Below, piece by piece: positions 28,011 through 37,600 of a DNA stretch of 56,830 bases. Origin of the DNA: an uncultured virus (IMG/VR IMGVR_UViG_3300032073_000004) (Duplodnaviria > Heunggongvirae > Uroviricota > Caudoviricetes); the IMG/VR virus record IMGVR_UViG_3300032073_000004, positions 62,001 through 118,830 of that record, one strand, 5' to 3'. Each line of letters begins with the position of its first letter. Within the stretch, counting starts at the first letter, position 1. The notes under the pieces were generated by a model, which saw nothing but the letters and a program-made list of their open reading frames with translations, searched no databases and was not told where the DNA came from. Position numbers and translations under genes: made by a program.

Positions 28011-28177
28011 TTTTTCTTGCCTCTTTTCTTAACCTTTTTTTCCACTTGCTCTAAACGCACTTTTATAAGTTCGTTATCAATTTCAAGCTGGCGTATAGTA
28101 GTCAACTGATATGTCATAACTCCCACAACAAGCGTTGTGACGAGTGCAGTGGCTACTTTTGTAAGATCTATATGCAT
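28007..28177 (-). CDS. 56-aa membrane protein (TM, coiled coil, basic tail)
   Basis: Below ORF-track cutoff: MHIDLTKVATALVTTLVVGVMTYQL...KKRGKKK. ATGA overlap with the next gene; late motif upstream. Confidence 0.65.
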   Translation of the reverse strand: MHIDLTKVATALVTTLVVGVMTYQLTTIRQLEIDNELIKVRLEQVEKKVKKRGKKK

Positions 28178-28181
28178 ACAA

Positions 28182-28189
28182 TAAATAGA
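28182..28189 (-). promoter_or_regulatory. Putative late promoter motif TCTATTTA
   Basis: 4 nt before ATG 28177. Confidence 0.55.
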
Positions 28190-28227
28190 TGCGTATTTCT
28201 TAAAGTATTTGGTTGTTGTTTATTTTT

Positions 28228-28413
28228 TTAATATAAGATGCCGATGATCATACATTCAGACAAGGTATGTGATGATTTCGAGACACATTCAGCAAACAAG
28301 ATAAGAGACTCCGCGATAACTTTCACTACTAAGGCCCCGAGGATAGCACCAACCGTCACTCTCCCTATCCCTGCAGCTAAGGCTGGCCTGCATATGTCTA
28401 TCAGCTTTTTCAT
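28228..28413 (-). CDS. Small hydrophobic protein
   Basis: 61-aa ORF. Confidence 0.45.
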   Translation of the reverse strand: MKKLIDICRPALAAGIGRVTVGAILGALVVKVIAESLILFAECVSKSSHTLSECMIIGILY

Positions 28414-28430
28414 GCAGAGTATATAGGGTC

Positions 28431-28823
28431 TTATTCTTTAAAATATTTACCTGGACTATATTTCTTTAGAAGTCTAGACCAAGCTTCTTCTTTTAATCCT
28501 AAGAAGTCTCTGGCATCGTTTAAAGAATTACATTTGCTGAGGGCATATAAGATAATTGATTCATTAACAATATCTCTGACAGCATTCCAAATATTAAAGC
28601 CAAAATACTTGCCATGACACTTCTTAGTAGTTAATTCTAATTTAAGAGAGATCAATTCTTCTAGACTTAAAGAATTAATAGCTATCTCTACTTTTTCATC
28701 AATTACATTATCAGCATAGAGTTTGTTTCTAACTGAGTAATCTTTATTTAATCCTTGAGTGTGCTTAGATCTAATCATAACTGCTTTAGTGCTTAGGCAT
28801 AGTGCATTGCCTCGCCCACCCAC
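28431..28823 (-). CDS. Hypothetical phage protein (start uncertain)
   Basis: SLEELISLKLEL...; helical, possible C-terminal HTH. Confidence 0.6.
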   Translation of the reverse strand: MGGRGNALCLSTKAVMIRSKHTQGLNKDYSVRNKLYADNVIDEKVEIAINSLSLEELISLKLELTTKKCHGKYFGFNIWNAVRDIVNESIILYALSKCNSLNDARDFLGLKEEAWSRLLKKYSPGKYFKE

Positions 28824-28866
28824 ACCCTAAGCTTAATATAGAATATAAAATTAATTAAGTAACGAT

Positions 28867-29733
28867 TTATAAATTATCTAAATCAAGTTCAGGTTCTTCT
28901 TCAGCAGGCTCTTCAGTAGGTTCTTCTTCAGTACCTAAGTCATCTAAATTTAGATCCCCTAATCCTGCATCGTCTTCACCAGCAGATCCCAAGCCAATAT
29001 CACCACTAGAAACTTCTTTTTCTGCATCGTCATATTCAGGATTTGTTGGTTCATCTACGCTAGTTGAGAGCTCATCTTCAAATCTATCAAAATATAATTT
29101 TAAGTTTGCAGTCAAATAGTCGTAGAATAGATCACTGTCAGAGGGATCAGCTAAGAGCTTGTAGGAGTCCAAGATGTTTTTTTCAATTTTCTGGAATGTA
29201 ACCATTGCAAAGTTACGACCAGTTTCATCAGCACCAGAGATGCCAAAAGAATCAGCGTCCTGCTTCTTACCGCCACTCGTTGTGATGTCGGGCTTTGTTT
29301 TTCCGTATATGTCAATGAACTTATTTAAGATGTTTTCATCTTCAACTTCATCTTCCATCACGACAGATGCATCTTCAGAGAGGCCAGACCTTTCCATACC
29401 AATTTCAGGCAACAATAAGTTTTGGACAGCCTTTACAATGTGTGCCCTAAAAGATTCCCTCTGTTCAGAGCTGGAGGTTAAAGTTTTAAAGTCTTGTTCG
29501 AGGACAGGAATAATTTTCTTTAATAATTTCTCTAGCTCGTTGATACCAGTGTTTTTGTGCGGAGAATTCTCTACATCTTCAGCAACCATCTTCTTGATGG
29601 CTTTTCTAATTTCTGTCTCGCTGATAAGCTTCTGTAAAACTTCTACATCTTTTTCAGCAAACTTCTTTGCGACAGATTCTCTAATAGCTTTACGAAGGTA
29701 TATTTCTTCGTGCATGTCTTTTCTACTAAGCAT
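28867..29733 (-). CDS. Hypothetical acidic protein, probably head-associated
   Basis: TGINELEKLLK, DETGRN.A, NLKLYFDRFEDEL; acidic tail. Confidence 0.7.
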   Translation of the reverse strand: MLSRKDMHEEIYLRKAIRESVAKKFAEKDVEVLQKLISETEIRKAIKKMVAEDVENSPHKNTGINELEKLLKKIIPVLEQDFKTLTSSSEQRESFRAHIVKAVQNLLLPEIGMERSGLSEDASVVMEDEVEDENILNKFIDIYGKTKPDITTSGGKKQDADSFGISGADETGRNFAMVTFQKIEKNILDSYKLLADPSDSDLFYDYLTANLKLYFDRFEDELSTSVDEPTNPEYDDAEKEVSSGDIGLGSAGEDDAGLGDLNLDDLGTEEEPTEEPAEEEPELDLDNL

Positions 29734-31798
29734 TTTTACGTCTCCTTCGAACCTTTTTGGTGGCCTTACCGCTGTGCCCTACAGCACTACCAATGGCCAT
29801 TCCCGAAATTTCTTTAAGTTTTCTTTTTACAATTTTAATTTCTCTCTTCACCGGAACAACAGCGATCCCTTCAGCATCCTCCGGCTCGCTCTCTTCTTCA
29901 ATACTGGCCCACCGTCTTCGTGTGGACGGATAAGCTTCGTTAACACATTGTAATACAATATCTTGTATTTCTTTACCTTCAATAGTTAAAGCCTCATTCA
30001 GACCAATGTTAGATCTAAGCAAAGAAAATATTTCCATCGCATCGTCGCGCTTCGTTTTATCCTGGTAAATATCGGGCATCATTTTTAAAAATGTTTCAAA
30101 GTCATCTTCCCGAACCGAGTTGCGAACATCGGTGGCTCTTGCAAAACGACCTGCGACAACTTGGTCTATAACAATATCGTCCCTGTCTTTTCCAGCATTA
30201 TTGTATCTTCCGTCCTTGACATCATCTTCACCGATGACAAGAACAATGCGTGAGTTAGCCGGTGCATTATCAATATAGTCGTAAACAGCTTGTATAGGGG
30301 AAGGAACATCAGTTGTCATCAATTCATTATGAAAAAGGGGGATAATATCTCCCTGCAAACCATGATGCTCAACAAACAGTTCCCAAACCTGCCTTGAGAG
30401 CTCCGGAGAGAAGTTCTCATGCGTTTTCTCGGATATTGCCACTAACACCTCGTCCGTACTCTGCAAAGCCTTTAGAGCGGCGTCAAAGTGGCCTTTGTGT
30501 GGTGGCTTAAACTTACCTGGGAATAATGCGATGTTTAATGGTCTATCCGAACCTTCTTCTTTAATACTTTTAGGGTCTACCTTTTTGGTTCTACCAAACT
30601 TTAAGATACCGAGTATTTGGTTTACGGGTGCAAAGTTTCCGGTAAACTTATATACGTTTCCTTTATAATTGAAAACAAAGCCCTCCGACGCAGTGGTGAT
30701 ATTGTCGAAGTCTTTAATTTTTGAAAGTTGCTTTCTTAGGATATTAAGCTCGCCTTCGTCATTAGCTGACGTGATGGCATCTATTGCTTGTTTCAATTGC
30801 TTCTTTAATCTTTTTACCTCTGCTCTGTTGTCAAGGACATACATGCTATTGAGGTTCTTTAACATCTCTACGGCAAAATCATGAATAGTATCTTCTAGTG
30901 GATAAACAATCCCACTTAGCATCTTGGGGGATTCTTTAATAAAGTCTTTAACTGCGCTGCGAACACCAACATCATCCTTTGGGATCATTTTCATTATTTG
31001 TGGAATACCTGCGCCTTTTACCTTAAAGACTCTTCTAATAACCTCGACACGAACATCATCTTCAATGCCCGGTATTGCTTCCCTTAATTTCTCATCCACG
31101 TTCTTTACCATGAAATCACCAACAGTGTCTCCATCGCTAAGGTTGTTTCTGTCTAGCAAGCTATCTATCCTATCAAGAGCCTTATCCAAGTGTTTGCCGT
31201 CGGACAATGCTTTGAGTCGTATATAGGCGCTCACATGTACCTCATGTTCTCCCTGCTGGCCAAGCTCTCCTACCTTGTTGAGGATATTCTCGATGGTGGC
31301 AATATTATCATCATTCTCTAGCGGAGTCATTTCTTTTGTCTTGGGATCAATACGAACATGACCACTTCTATGTAATGTAATATATTTTCCGCCCAAGTTT
31401 ACAACATTAGCAGTTCTTGGGTCCATTATTTCAACACTATAGAATTTGTCAGCATCACGTCCAAAGACTTTTCTCTGGGCCGAGTATGGAAGACTTCTAC
31501 AGAAGTTCTCGAAAGCTGCAAGAGCCTCGGAAAAAGTAAACTCTAAGTCTCCTCTTCCCTTGAACTTATCCACTAGCTGGTCTACATCTAAGCCACCATC
31601 TTTTATATTGGATTTATTTCTAGCAGAAACAGCTTTATCTCTCGCAATAGAGTAAGATACAAACAGGTTCTGTCCATCTGTCTTTTCTGTACCAACAAGT
31701 TCACCCTGACTTGCTTTGCTGAAAAGTTCTTTTATCTCAGCGAATGTCAAATCAGGGTTATCATGTAGGTGCATCAAGTGACCATAAAGTCCACCCAT
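29726..31798 (-). CDS. Ligase-like nucleotidyltransferase domain fused to a HIGH-motif (cytidylyltransferase-like) domain
   Basis: GHLMH, EKTDG, SEGFVF, YKFTG; FPGKFKPPHKGH. Start refined to TAATG overlap. Confidence 0.75.
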   Translation of the reverse strand: MGGLYGHLMHLHDNPDLTFAEIKELFSKASQGELVGTEKTDGQNLFVSYSIARDKAVSARNKSNIKDGGLDVDQLVDKFKGRGDLEFTFSEALAAFENFCRSLPYSAQRKVFGRDADKFYSVEIMDPRTANVVNLGGKYITLHRSGHVRIDPKTKEMTPLENDDNIATIENILNKVGELGQQGEHEVHVSAYIRLKALSDGKHLDKALDRIDSLLDRNNLSDGDTVGDFMVKNVDEKLREAIPGIEDDVRVEVIRRVFKVKGAGIPQIMKMIPKDDVGVRSAVKDFIKESPKMLSGIVYPLEDTIHDFAVEMLKNLNSMYVLDNRAEVKRLKKQLKQAIDAITSANDEGELNILRKQLSKIKDFDNITTASEGFVFNYKGNVYKFTGNFAPVNQILGILKFGRTKKVDPKSIKEEGSDRPLNIALFPGKFKPPHKGHFDAALKALQSTDEVLVAISEKTHENFSPELSRQVWELFVEHHGLQGDIIPLFHNELMTTDVPSPIQAVYDYIDNAPANSRIVLVIGEDDVKDGRYNNAGKDRDDIVIDQVVAGRFARATDVRNSVREDDFETFLKMMPDIYQDKTKRDDAMEIFSLLRSNIGLNEALTIEGKEIQDIVLQCVNEAYPSTRRRWASIEEESEPEDAEGIAVVPVKREIKIVKRKLKEISGMAIGSAVGHSGKATKKVRRRRKNA

Positions 31799-32046
31799 TA
31801 CTTTTTCTCCTGCAGAGGTTTTTGCTCTTCCTCTAAGACCTTCACCCTCTCTTGAAGCCTCTTCGCATGCTTGCGACATTGCTTGATGCTTTCTTTCGCA
31901 ACCGCAATCCTTCGAGCCTCTTGCTTGGAAGCAGGTCTAATACTAGAAAGAATTTCTCCGACATGTTGAATATATTCCAACAAGCCAGGTTTGTCAAGTG
32001 ACTCCCCCATGAGAAATCTTCTGGTCATCTTATCATAATCAATCAT
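31798..32046 (-). CDS. Hypothetical protein
   Basis: 82 aa, coupled. Confidence 0.65.
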   Translation of the reverse strand: MIDYDKMTRRFLMGESLDKPGLLEYIQHVGEILSSIRPASKQEARRIAVAKESIKQCRKHAKRLQERVKVLEEEQKPLQEKK

Positions 32047-32257
32047 TAAGAATTTCCCTTATACTTCTAGCCTTCTTTTTGGGAGCTTCGACCACCTCTT
32101 CAACTACTTCTTCTTCTGCAGTCTCAACTTCGGCAACCTCTACGGGCTCCTCTACAACAACAACTCTCTTAGGAATAACCTCAGTTACTGTTTCTCTTTC
32201 TTGTTCTCTCAAGAGCATTGCTCTAGCTCTCTTCTTTCTTTGCTTTGGACTTGCCAT
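32039..32257 (-). CDS. Small Glu/Val-rich protein
   Basis: 72 aa, GGTGGTG RBS. Confidence 0.6.
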   Translation of the reverse strand: MASPKQRKKRARAMLLREQERETVTEVIPKRVVVVEEPVEVAEVETAEEEVVEEVVEAPKKKARSIREILND

Positions 32258-33527
32258 ATCTAATCACCACCTTTCGTTTTTTATTTTCTCGTAACATCCC
32301 TTCCTTAAAAGGGATATTGTTAATTTTAAATTCTCCTGCCAATGCCTGAAGGACTTGTTTGATAGCATCTCCGGGAATATTTCTACTTTTCATAGTGTCT
32401 TTAAGGGATTGGCTCCCTTTCACTTTAGTATTCCCCACTGCAGATGGACCTCTTGTTAGGGGTGCAGTTTTTGCATCGAGTTGCTCGTCGTCGCCTTTTA
32501 GCTTTGGCGCAACTTTCATATATTTGGAAAGAACGTTTTTCAGGCCCGTTGCTATGTCTGAAGGGTTTGGTATCTTGTCGTTTACTATATCTGTAATTGC
32601 TGTAATCACTTCTTCATACTCAGCTCTGCTATTGATGAGAGCGAGTTGCCTTATCAGAGCGGGATTCTTTCCCATATAAGTTTGCAATCTCTTTGCATCA
32701 GAAGTTTTGTACCCACCAAGAGCCTGCTCAATATCTGCCTTAACTGCCTCTTCGTTCATGCTTGTGAGTTTGTTTGTGAAGTTGAACACATTTGGTGCGG
32801 TCCAGGCAGCATTGGCTTTCCAATTGGTTTTGGTATTCCCCCAGTTTCCTTTGGCGGGATCAAAATAGGAATCCATAGCCCTAGCTAAAGATTTTAGGGC
32901 TCCTGGCTCTACGCCGGGATAATCTTTAAGCCACTTGATAATACCCAAAGTATCAATCTTTCCTTTTTCTCCTGCTAGCTTTAGAGGAGGATATTTATCA
33001 GGAGCAAGTTCAACATCTGCAGGAACTTCTTTAGCAACAGCAGTAACATCTGTTGCATCAAGCTCGCCGTCCTGGGCGACCTTCTTAATGTTATCTATAG
33101 CTTTCTCTGTTTCTTCTGGGGGCTTGTCGGCCAACATACCAGCAAGCTTGCCGAGGAGGTCCCTTGTATTACTTTGTAAATCAGTAAGACCAAGACTCGC
33201 AACTTGTTGCATAAGCCGATCAGCCTTTTCCTTATCGGACACTGGAGCCTCTTCCTTCTTTAGTTTTCCTGTTGAATGCCACCATTCGGCTGCAGCTTGA
33301 TATAATTGTTTTTCAGCTTCAGGATCTGACATACCGGAAGAAGCAATATCCCATGCGTCTTTCCAGGCATCCTCGCCAGTGGAACCAACAACTGCTTGCT
33401 TGAAACTACTGAGTCTTTTGCTGAGAGAAACCTCGTTGAGAGTGTTATCTTTTTTCAAAGAAACACCTTGGTTCTCCAAAAGCCTTTCAAACAGCTTCAG
33501 GTTTCTTTTGTCAAAGACCTTCTTCAC
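32223..33527 (-). CDS. Probable internal virion protein
   Basis: GTG start overlapping the upstream stop; N-terminal RNLKLFERLLENQG; LNE, LRE motifs. Confidence 0.65.
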   Translation of the reverse strand: MKKVFDKRNLKLFERLLENQGVSLKKDNTLNEVSLSKRLSSFKQAVVGSTGEDAWKDAWDIASSGMSDPEAEKQLYQAAAEWWHSTGKLKKEEAPVSDKEKADRLMQQVASLGLTDLQSNTRDLLGKLAGMLADKPPEETEKAIDNIKKVAQDGELDATDVTAVAKEVPADVELAPDKYPPLKLAGEKGKIDTLGIIKWLKDYPGVEPGALKSLARAMDSYFDPAKGNWGNTKTNWKANAAWTAPNVFNFTNKLTSMNEEAVKADIEQALGGYKTSDAKRLQTYMGKNPALIRQLALINSRAEYEEVITAITDIVNDKIPNPSDIATGLKNVLSKYMKVAPKLKGDDEQLDAKTAPLTRGPSAVGNTKVKGSQSLKDTMKSRNIPGDAIKQVLQALAGEFKINNIPFKEGMLRENKKRKVVIRYGKSKAKKEES

Positions 33528-33940
33528 TACTCGTCTTCCTTCGTAGAACAATGAGCTTCGTCTACTTTTTCCTCGCCACTGAGCTTTGCGCCACAGTTCG
33601 TGCAGTGGTTGTTAGCTTTGCTATTCAAAGTTCCGCACTGAGGACAGTGCATGGCCATGATGCCTTCTCTAACTTCTTCTTGCTCTTCTTTCATCTCACA
33701 CTCACAAGGAGACTTGCCACACTTGGGACACACTTCGCCTTCAGTGACTTCTTTTTTGGCTTTTGCGTCTTTTGCAGCTTTTTCCATTGGCTCGTCTTTG
33801 TTGCCATCACCGTCGAGATCTCGATAATCAGGCTTCTTTTCTTCTTCCTTGATGGAACTCTCGTGTTTTAAACCTTGGTTTTCAAGCAGTCTATTGAAGA
33901 GTTTTTCATTTCTGTTATTTAATAGCTTATGTCGTTTCAT
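33527..33940 (-). CDS. Small virion-type protein with DxDxDG motif and zinc ribbons
   Basis: DLDGDGNKDE, CPKCGKSPCEC, CPQC...CTNC. Confidence 0.65.
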   Translation of the reverse strand: MKRHKLLNNRNEKLFNRLLENQGLKHESSIKEEEKKPDYRDLDGDGNKDEPMEKAAKDAKAKKEVTEGEVCPKCGKSPCECEMKEEQEEVREGIMAMHCPQCGTLNSKANNHCTNCGAKLSGEEKVDEAHCSTKEDE

Positions 33941-34329
33941 TTTTTAATACTCCCGTATTTTATTCCATCTTCCCAATCTCGCAGGAGACAGTTACCTTCT
34001 AAGTAGGCTTCTTTTTCCATTAATCTCAAATGTTCGTTGTTTTGCATATATCCCTCTGTTGCAGGGCCAGCGTTATCAAACTCACCTCGACAGTTCTGTG
34101 CGTGATGTACCAGCTCGTGTGCAAGAGAACGCATACAGTCTTTCGGCTGTCTGTTTGTTGTGTATATCACAATCTTGTTTTCTGCAGGAGAATAGTGAGC
34201 AGTCATCCCCAATAATAGTTTAGCATTTTCAGGGTCATGACGCAATACGACTCTCACAGGCTTATTATATCCGAGGACACCCTGTGCATACGGAACGAAT
34301 TCCTTTATCATATCTTTTAGATCTTTCAT
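33937..34329 (-). CDS. Zincin-like metallopeptidase
   Basis: RSLAHELVHHAQ...EKEAY. Confidence 0.75.
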   Translation of the reverse strand: MKDLKDMIKEFVPYAQGVLGYNKPVRVVLRHDPENAKLLLGMTAHYSPAENKIVIYTTNRQPKDCMRSLAHELVHHAQNCRGEFDNAGPATEGYMQNNEHLRLMEKEAYLEGNCLLRDWEDGIKYGSIKK

Positions 34330-34334
34330 GCATA

Positions 34335-34342
34335 TAAATAGT
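34335..34342 (-). promoter_or_regulatory. Putative late promoter motif ACTATTTA
   Basis: 5 nt before ATG 34329. Confidence 0.6.
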
Positions 34343-34345
34343 ATT

Positions 34346-34681
34346 TTATAGTGCTACTTGCACTAAAATAATGATTATACACAGTACAAGGCATATTCCG
34401 GTCTTAATTGTTACGGTTTCACCGAGAAAAAAATAGGTCATAAAAGTGAAAACAATTGTACCGATAGTAAAGCCCATGATGCGACAAGGCCAGAGATTTT
34501 CCTCAAAAACTTCATAGCCAAGTCTCGTAGCTTGAATAAAGATATATGAAAATGGAATACCAAGGAGACACAGCAGCGGAGTGTTATCTCTAAAACTTTT
34601 CCAAACAAGTTGGCCACTACTCTGTAGCCAGACAAGAATATGCCCTAAGAATACTAAGCCAACAAATGTCAGGAGTTTCAT
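34346..34681 (-). CDS. Four-TM DMT/SMR-like membrane protein
   Basis: Four hydrophobic helices, FFLGETVT.K..I. Confidence 0.65.
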   Translation of the reverse strand: MKLLTFVGLVFLGHILVWLQSSGQLVWKSFRDNTPLLCLLGIPFSYIFIQATRLGYEVFEENLWPCRIMGFTIGTIVFTFMTYFFLGETVTIKTGICLVLCIIIILVQVAL

Positions 34682-37600
34682 TACGCACCAGAGCCAGGAG
34701 GAGCACTCTTACTTCTCTTGGTGGGTGCAAGCTTGTGCCCCTTATCAGCCGTTTTTCCAGGAACTCTTATAAGCAGGCCCTTCCTCGTGGAGTGTTGTTT
34801 TTTAGCCGGACTATTCTGGTAGTCTTTTGCTTCTTGAGCTGGCTGTGGAGCTCCCAACGTTGCACCCACTGGCTCTCCTGCTTGGACACCTGCGAGCTTT
34901 CTGTCGGCATCAAAATTATTATCTCTTCTGATACTCTGAGGGTTCATCTTTATCCATCTCTCAGTAGCAGACTGAAGAGAGGCTTGCCAGAGCTTCCAGT
35001 GTTTGTCGAATAGTCTAGTTCCGTCAACAATAGCGTCGAGTTCTTCCTCGCTGTATTTGGAGAGTTCAACGGATATATCCATTTTAGCTGTTGTCTTATA
35101 AACTATCATGTAACCCACCAAATCATTTCTTTCCGAAACATACATGATTCTATCAATGATATCGTCTGTGTCCTGCTCCTCCATACCTGGTAGAGAAGGC
35201 TGTCTTTGTAGAAGCTTTTGAAAGACATTTAGTCCTCTTCTGAGTATTTTCTGAGCTCCGTCATTACTTGGCCTATCACCAATAATTTGTGTCTTGTCTT
35301 GCTGTACTTCTTCCGGTGGTGGATAAGGAATACTAAATTCCATCTCGCCATTTTCCGGGTCAAAAGATATCAAGTGAAGATTCTTATATTGTTCTTCAAA
35401 CTCATCCTGTAATTCTTTTGCAGTTTTATCTTCAACTTCTCTGCCGTCGTCTTCGGGGTCATATACTTGAACTTCAGCATTCTCACCCTGACCATAAAGC
35501 AAAGTATCATATTTTGTGAAAGGTAAAACACCTCCCTCAATGAGAGTTGCCCTTATTTTTCCTTGGCATGCTTCATATTTGTTATCGGGACCATACTCGA
35601 CATTGTTGAAGAAGTCTTCTGCTCCTTCTATACCACTTTCTCCATAAAAAGAGCCATAGCATTCAATTGTTACTTTCACAGTTCTTCCACTAACGTGGAT
35701 ATCAATATACTGCATAAGATCTTGCATGATGGCCGGGTCTTCCTGATTGCCAATCATGAGGTTCTGATTTGCATCCTGAAACGCATCCCGAAGGGCATCG
35801 AGCTCATACATATCCAAGTCTTCTTTCCCGTCAAACTCTCCTGAGTCGTAGATAAAAGATATCGTTGCTTCCACATTGATAGTCATATCTTCGTAGTCGT
35901 CGTATGTATCGAAAGCTAGCGATATTCTATTTCCATGATCGAGGCGCTGTTCTGCTGCTTCCATTATCTCTTTCAGTTTACTATCGTAATCAATCATCTC
36001 ATAATCGAATACAGTATCAAACCTACCTTCAAAGCCATTGTCTTTAAGTACATCTTTTAATTTACCATGTAATATTTCAAACTCATCCCCGCGCACAGGA
36101 GTATCTGTTACATCCATAAACTGCTTTGAACCATAATGAAACTGGAATCTGTCTCCGTCATCTTCGGGATCATCACGAGTATCTCCCGGAGTATGGATAT
36201 AAAACAACGGGTCATCCTCGCCACCGTAGTATTGATTAAAATAATCTAAGCCAGGAGAAGCAGTGCACCAGCTAGTCTTTTTACCTAGTAAACATGCAGC
36301 GCCCTTTCCATGAGCTGCAGCAATAACCCAGCCATCCTTACTTCTTCTAAACTGAGGGATGCCCTGCTCGTCTCGAAGAACTTGGCCCTTGTCATCTAAC
36401 TTATACCCACCAGCGAAAAACTCTGTTCTGCCAACAGCATCATTTGCCATCTTCTTGTCGTTTTCTGCATCAATAGAAGCCTGTCCAGCTTTGACGACAT
36501 CATCTAGCATTTCTTTAGTTTTTATTTGCCCGATGTCAGAAACTTTCATATGTCTTGGGTGCTGAAAGAACGTTTCGAAGTTCTGACGGATAAGTATAGC
36601 ATCACGGTTGGCCAGCGGGTACTGTCCTGAGAGTATTCTGTCTCTCAGCTCAGTGTCTGTTTTAAGATACCTCAGCCACCAAAATATTATCTGAGCTCGG
36701 TTTGAATCTTGTATGGATTTGTGTTTCTCCGGTTGGTGGGTGCGAGAAATGTTACCAGGAACTACATCTGCCGGAGTATATGTCAGAGATATTACTGAAT
36801 GCAATTTCTTGTGTAGTCTATTATAGTCATCACCGGGATCTTTACCTTGATCAAAGTTATAGCTTTTGATAATCTTCTTTCCGGCTTTGCCTCCGAGGGA
36901 ACTCATTGCGTCGTCAAGACTGACTTCTTGCAACAACTCCTCTCCAAGTAGTTTTACTAAAATTCTTTCTTCTAACTTCATAGCACTTTCCTCTAGACCT
37001 AACTGGCCCATAATAGCATCAATACTGTCTCGCGTACCTACGAGCTCTTTTTCTGGAGCCTCTCGCGGATGATTCTTTATCCACTCTTTCGCAAGTTTTG
37101 TAAACTCTTTAAAAGCTTTCACGTCCATCTTTTCGGGCCACTCATTAGCGGCGGGACCGGTCGTTGCTGGCAAATCTGAACTCAACGAATGTGAGAAGTT
37201 TCTCAAATCGCTGATAGCACCTGCATAAAGCCTATCCATTTCTTCTGCTGGAATTTTGCTTTCGGGGTCTGTGATCATCACTGACCAGCGCATGTCCATA
37301 ATAATATATTCTTGCTTTCCTTTGCGGCCAGTAATATCAAGCTTTGGTTCTCTTATTTTGGCCTTGAAAACTCTATCCACAGGAACTTCGCCATTATCAT
37401 ATTTTTCCTTACCACTGTTGAATGTATGTAATGCAACGCCTTCAACCATCTTAGAATATTCAGGAAGGTCCATTTTCATTCGGAGGTAACTCACAAACTG
37501 CTCGTTCCTTGATCTGTCGTTACCTCGGAATTCCTCGTGTCCTGTCATCTTCTCATAACCACCGATTTCATCTGGTATGGGCAAATAAACAAAATTCTTA

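Noticed and set aside
29174..29953. 259-aa plus-strand ORF
   Set aside because: Ser/Phe-rich antisense shadow of Glu/Lys-rich minus-strand genes, with no RBS or motifs. The same applies to most short + ORFs in the track.
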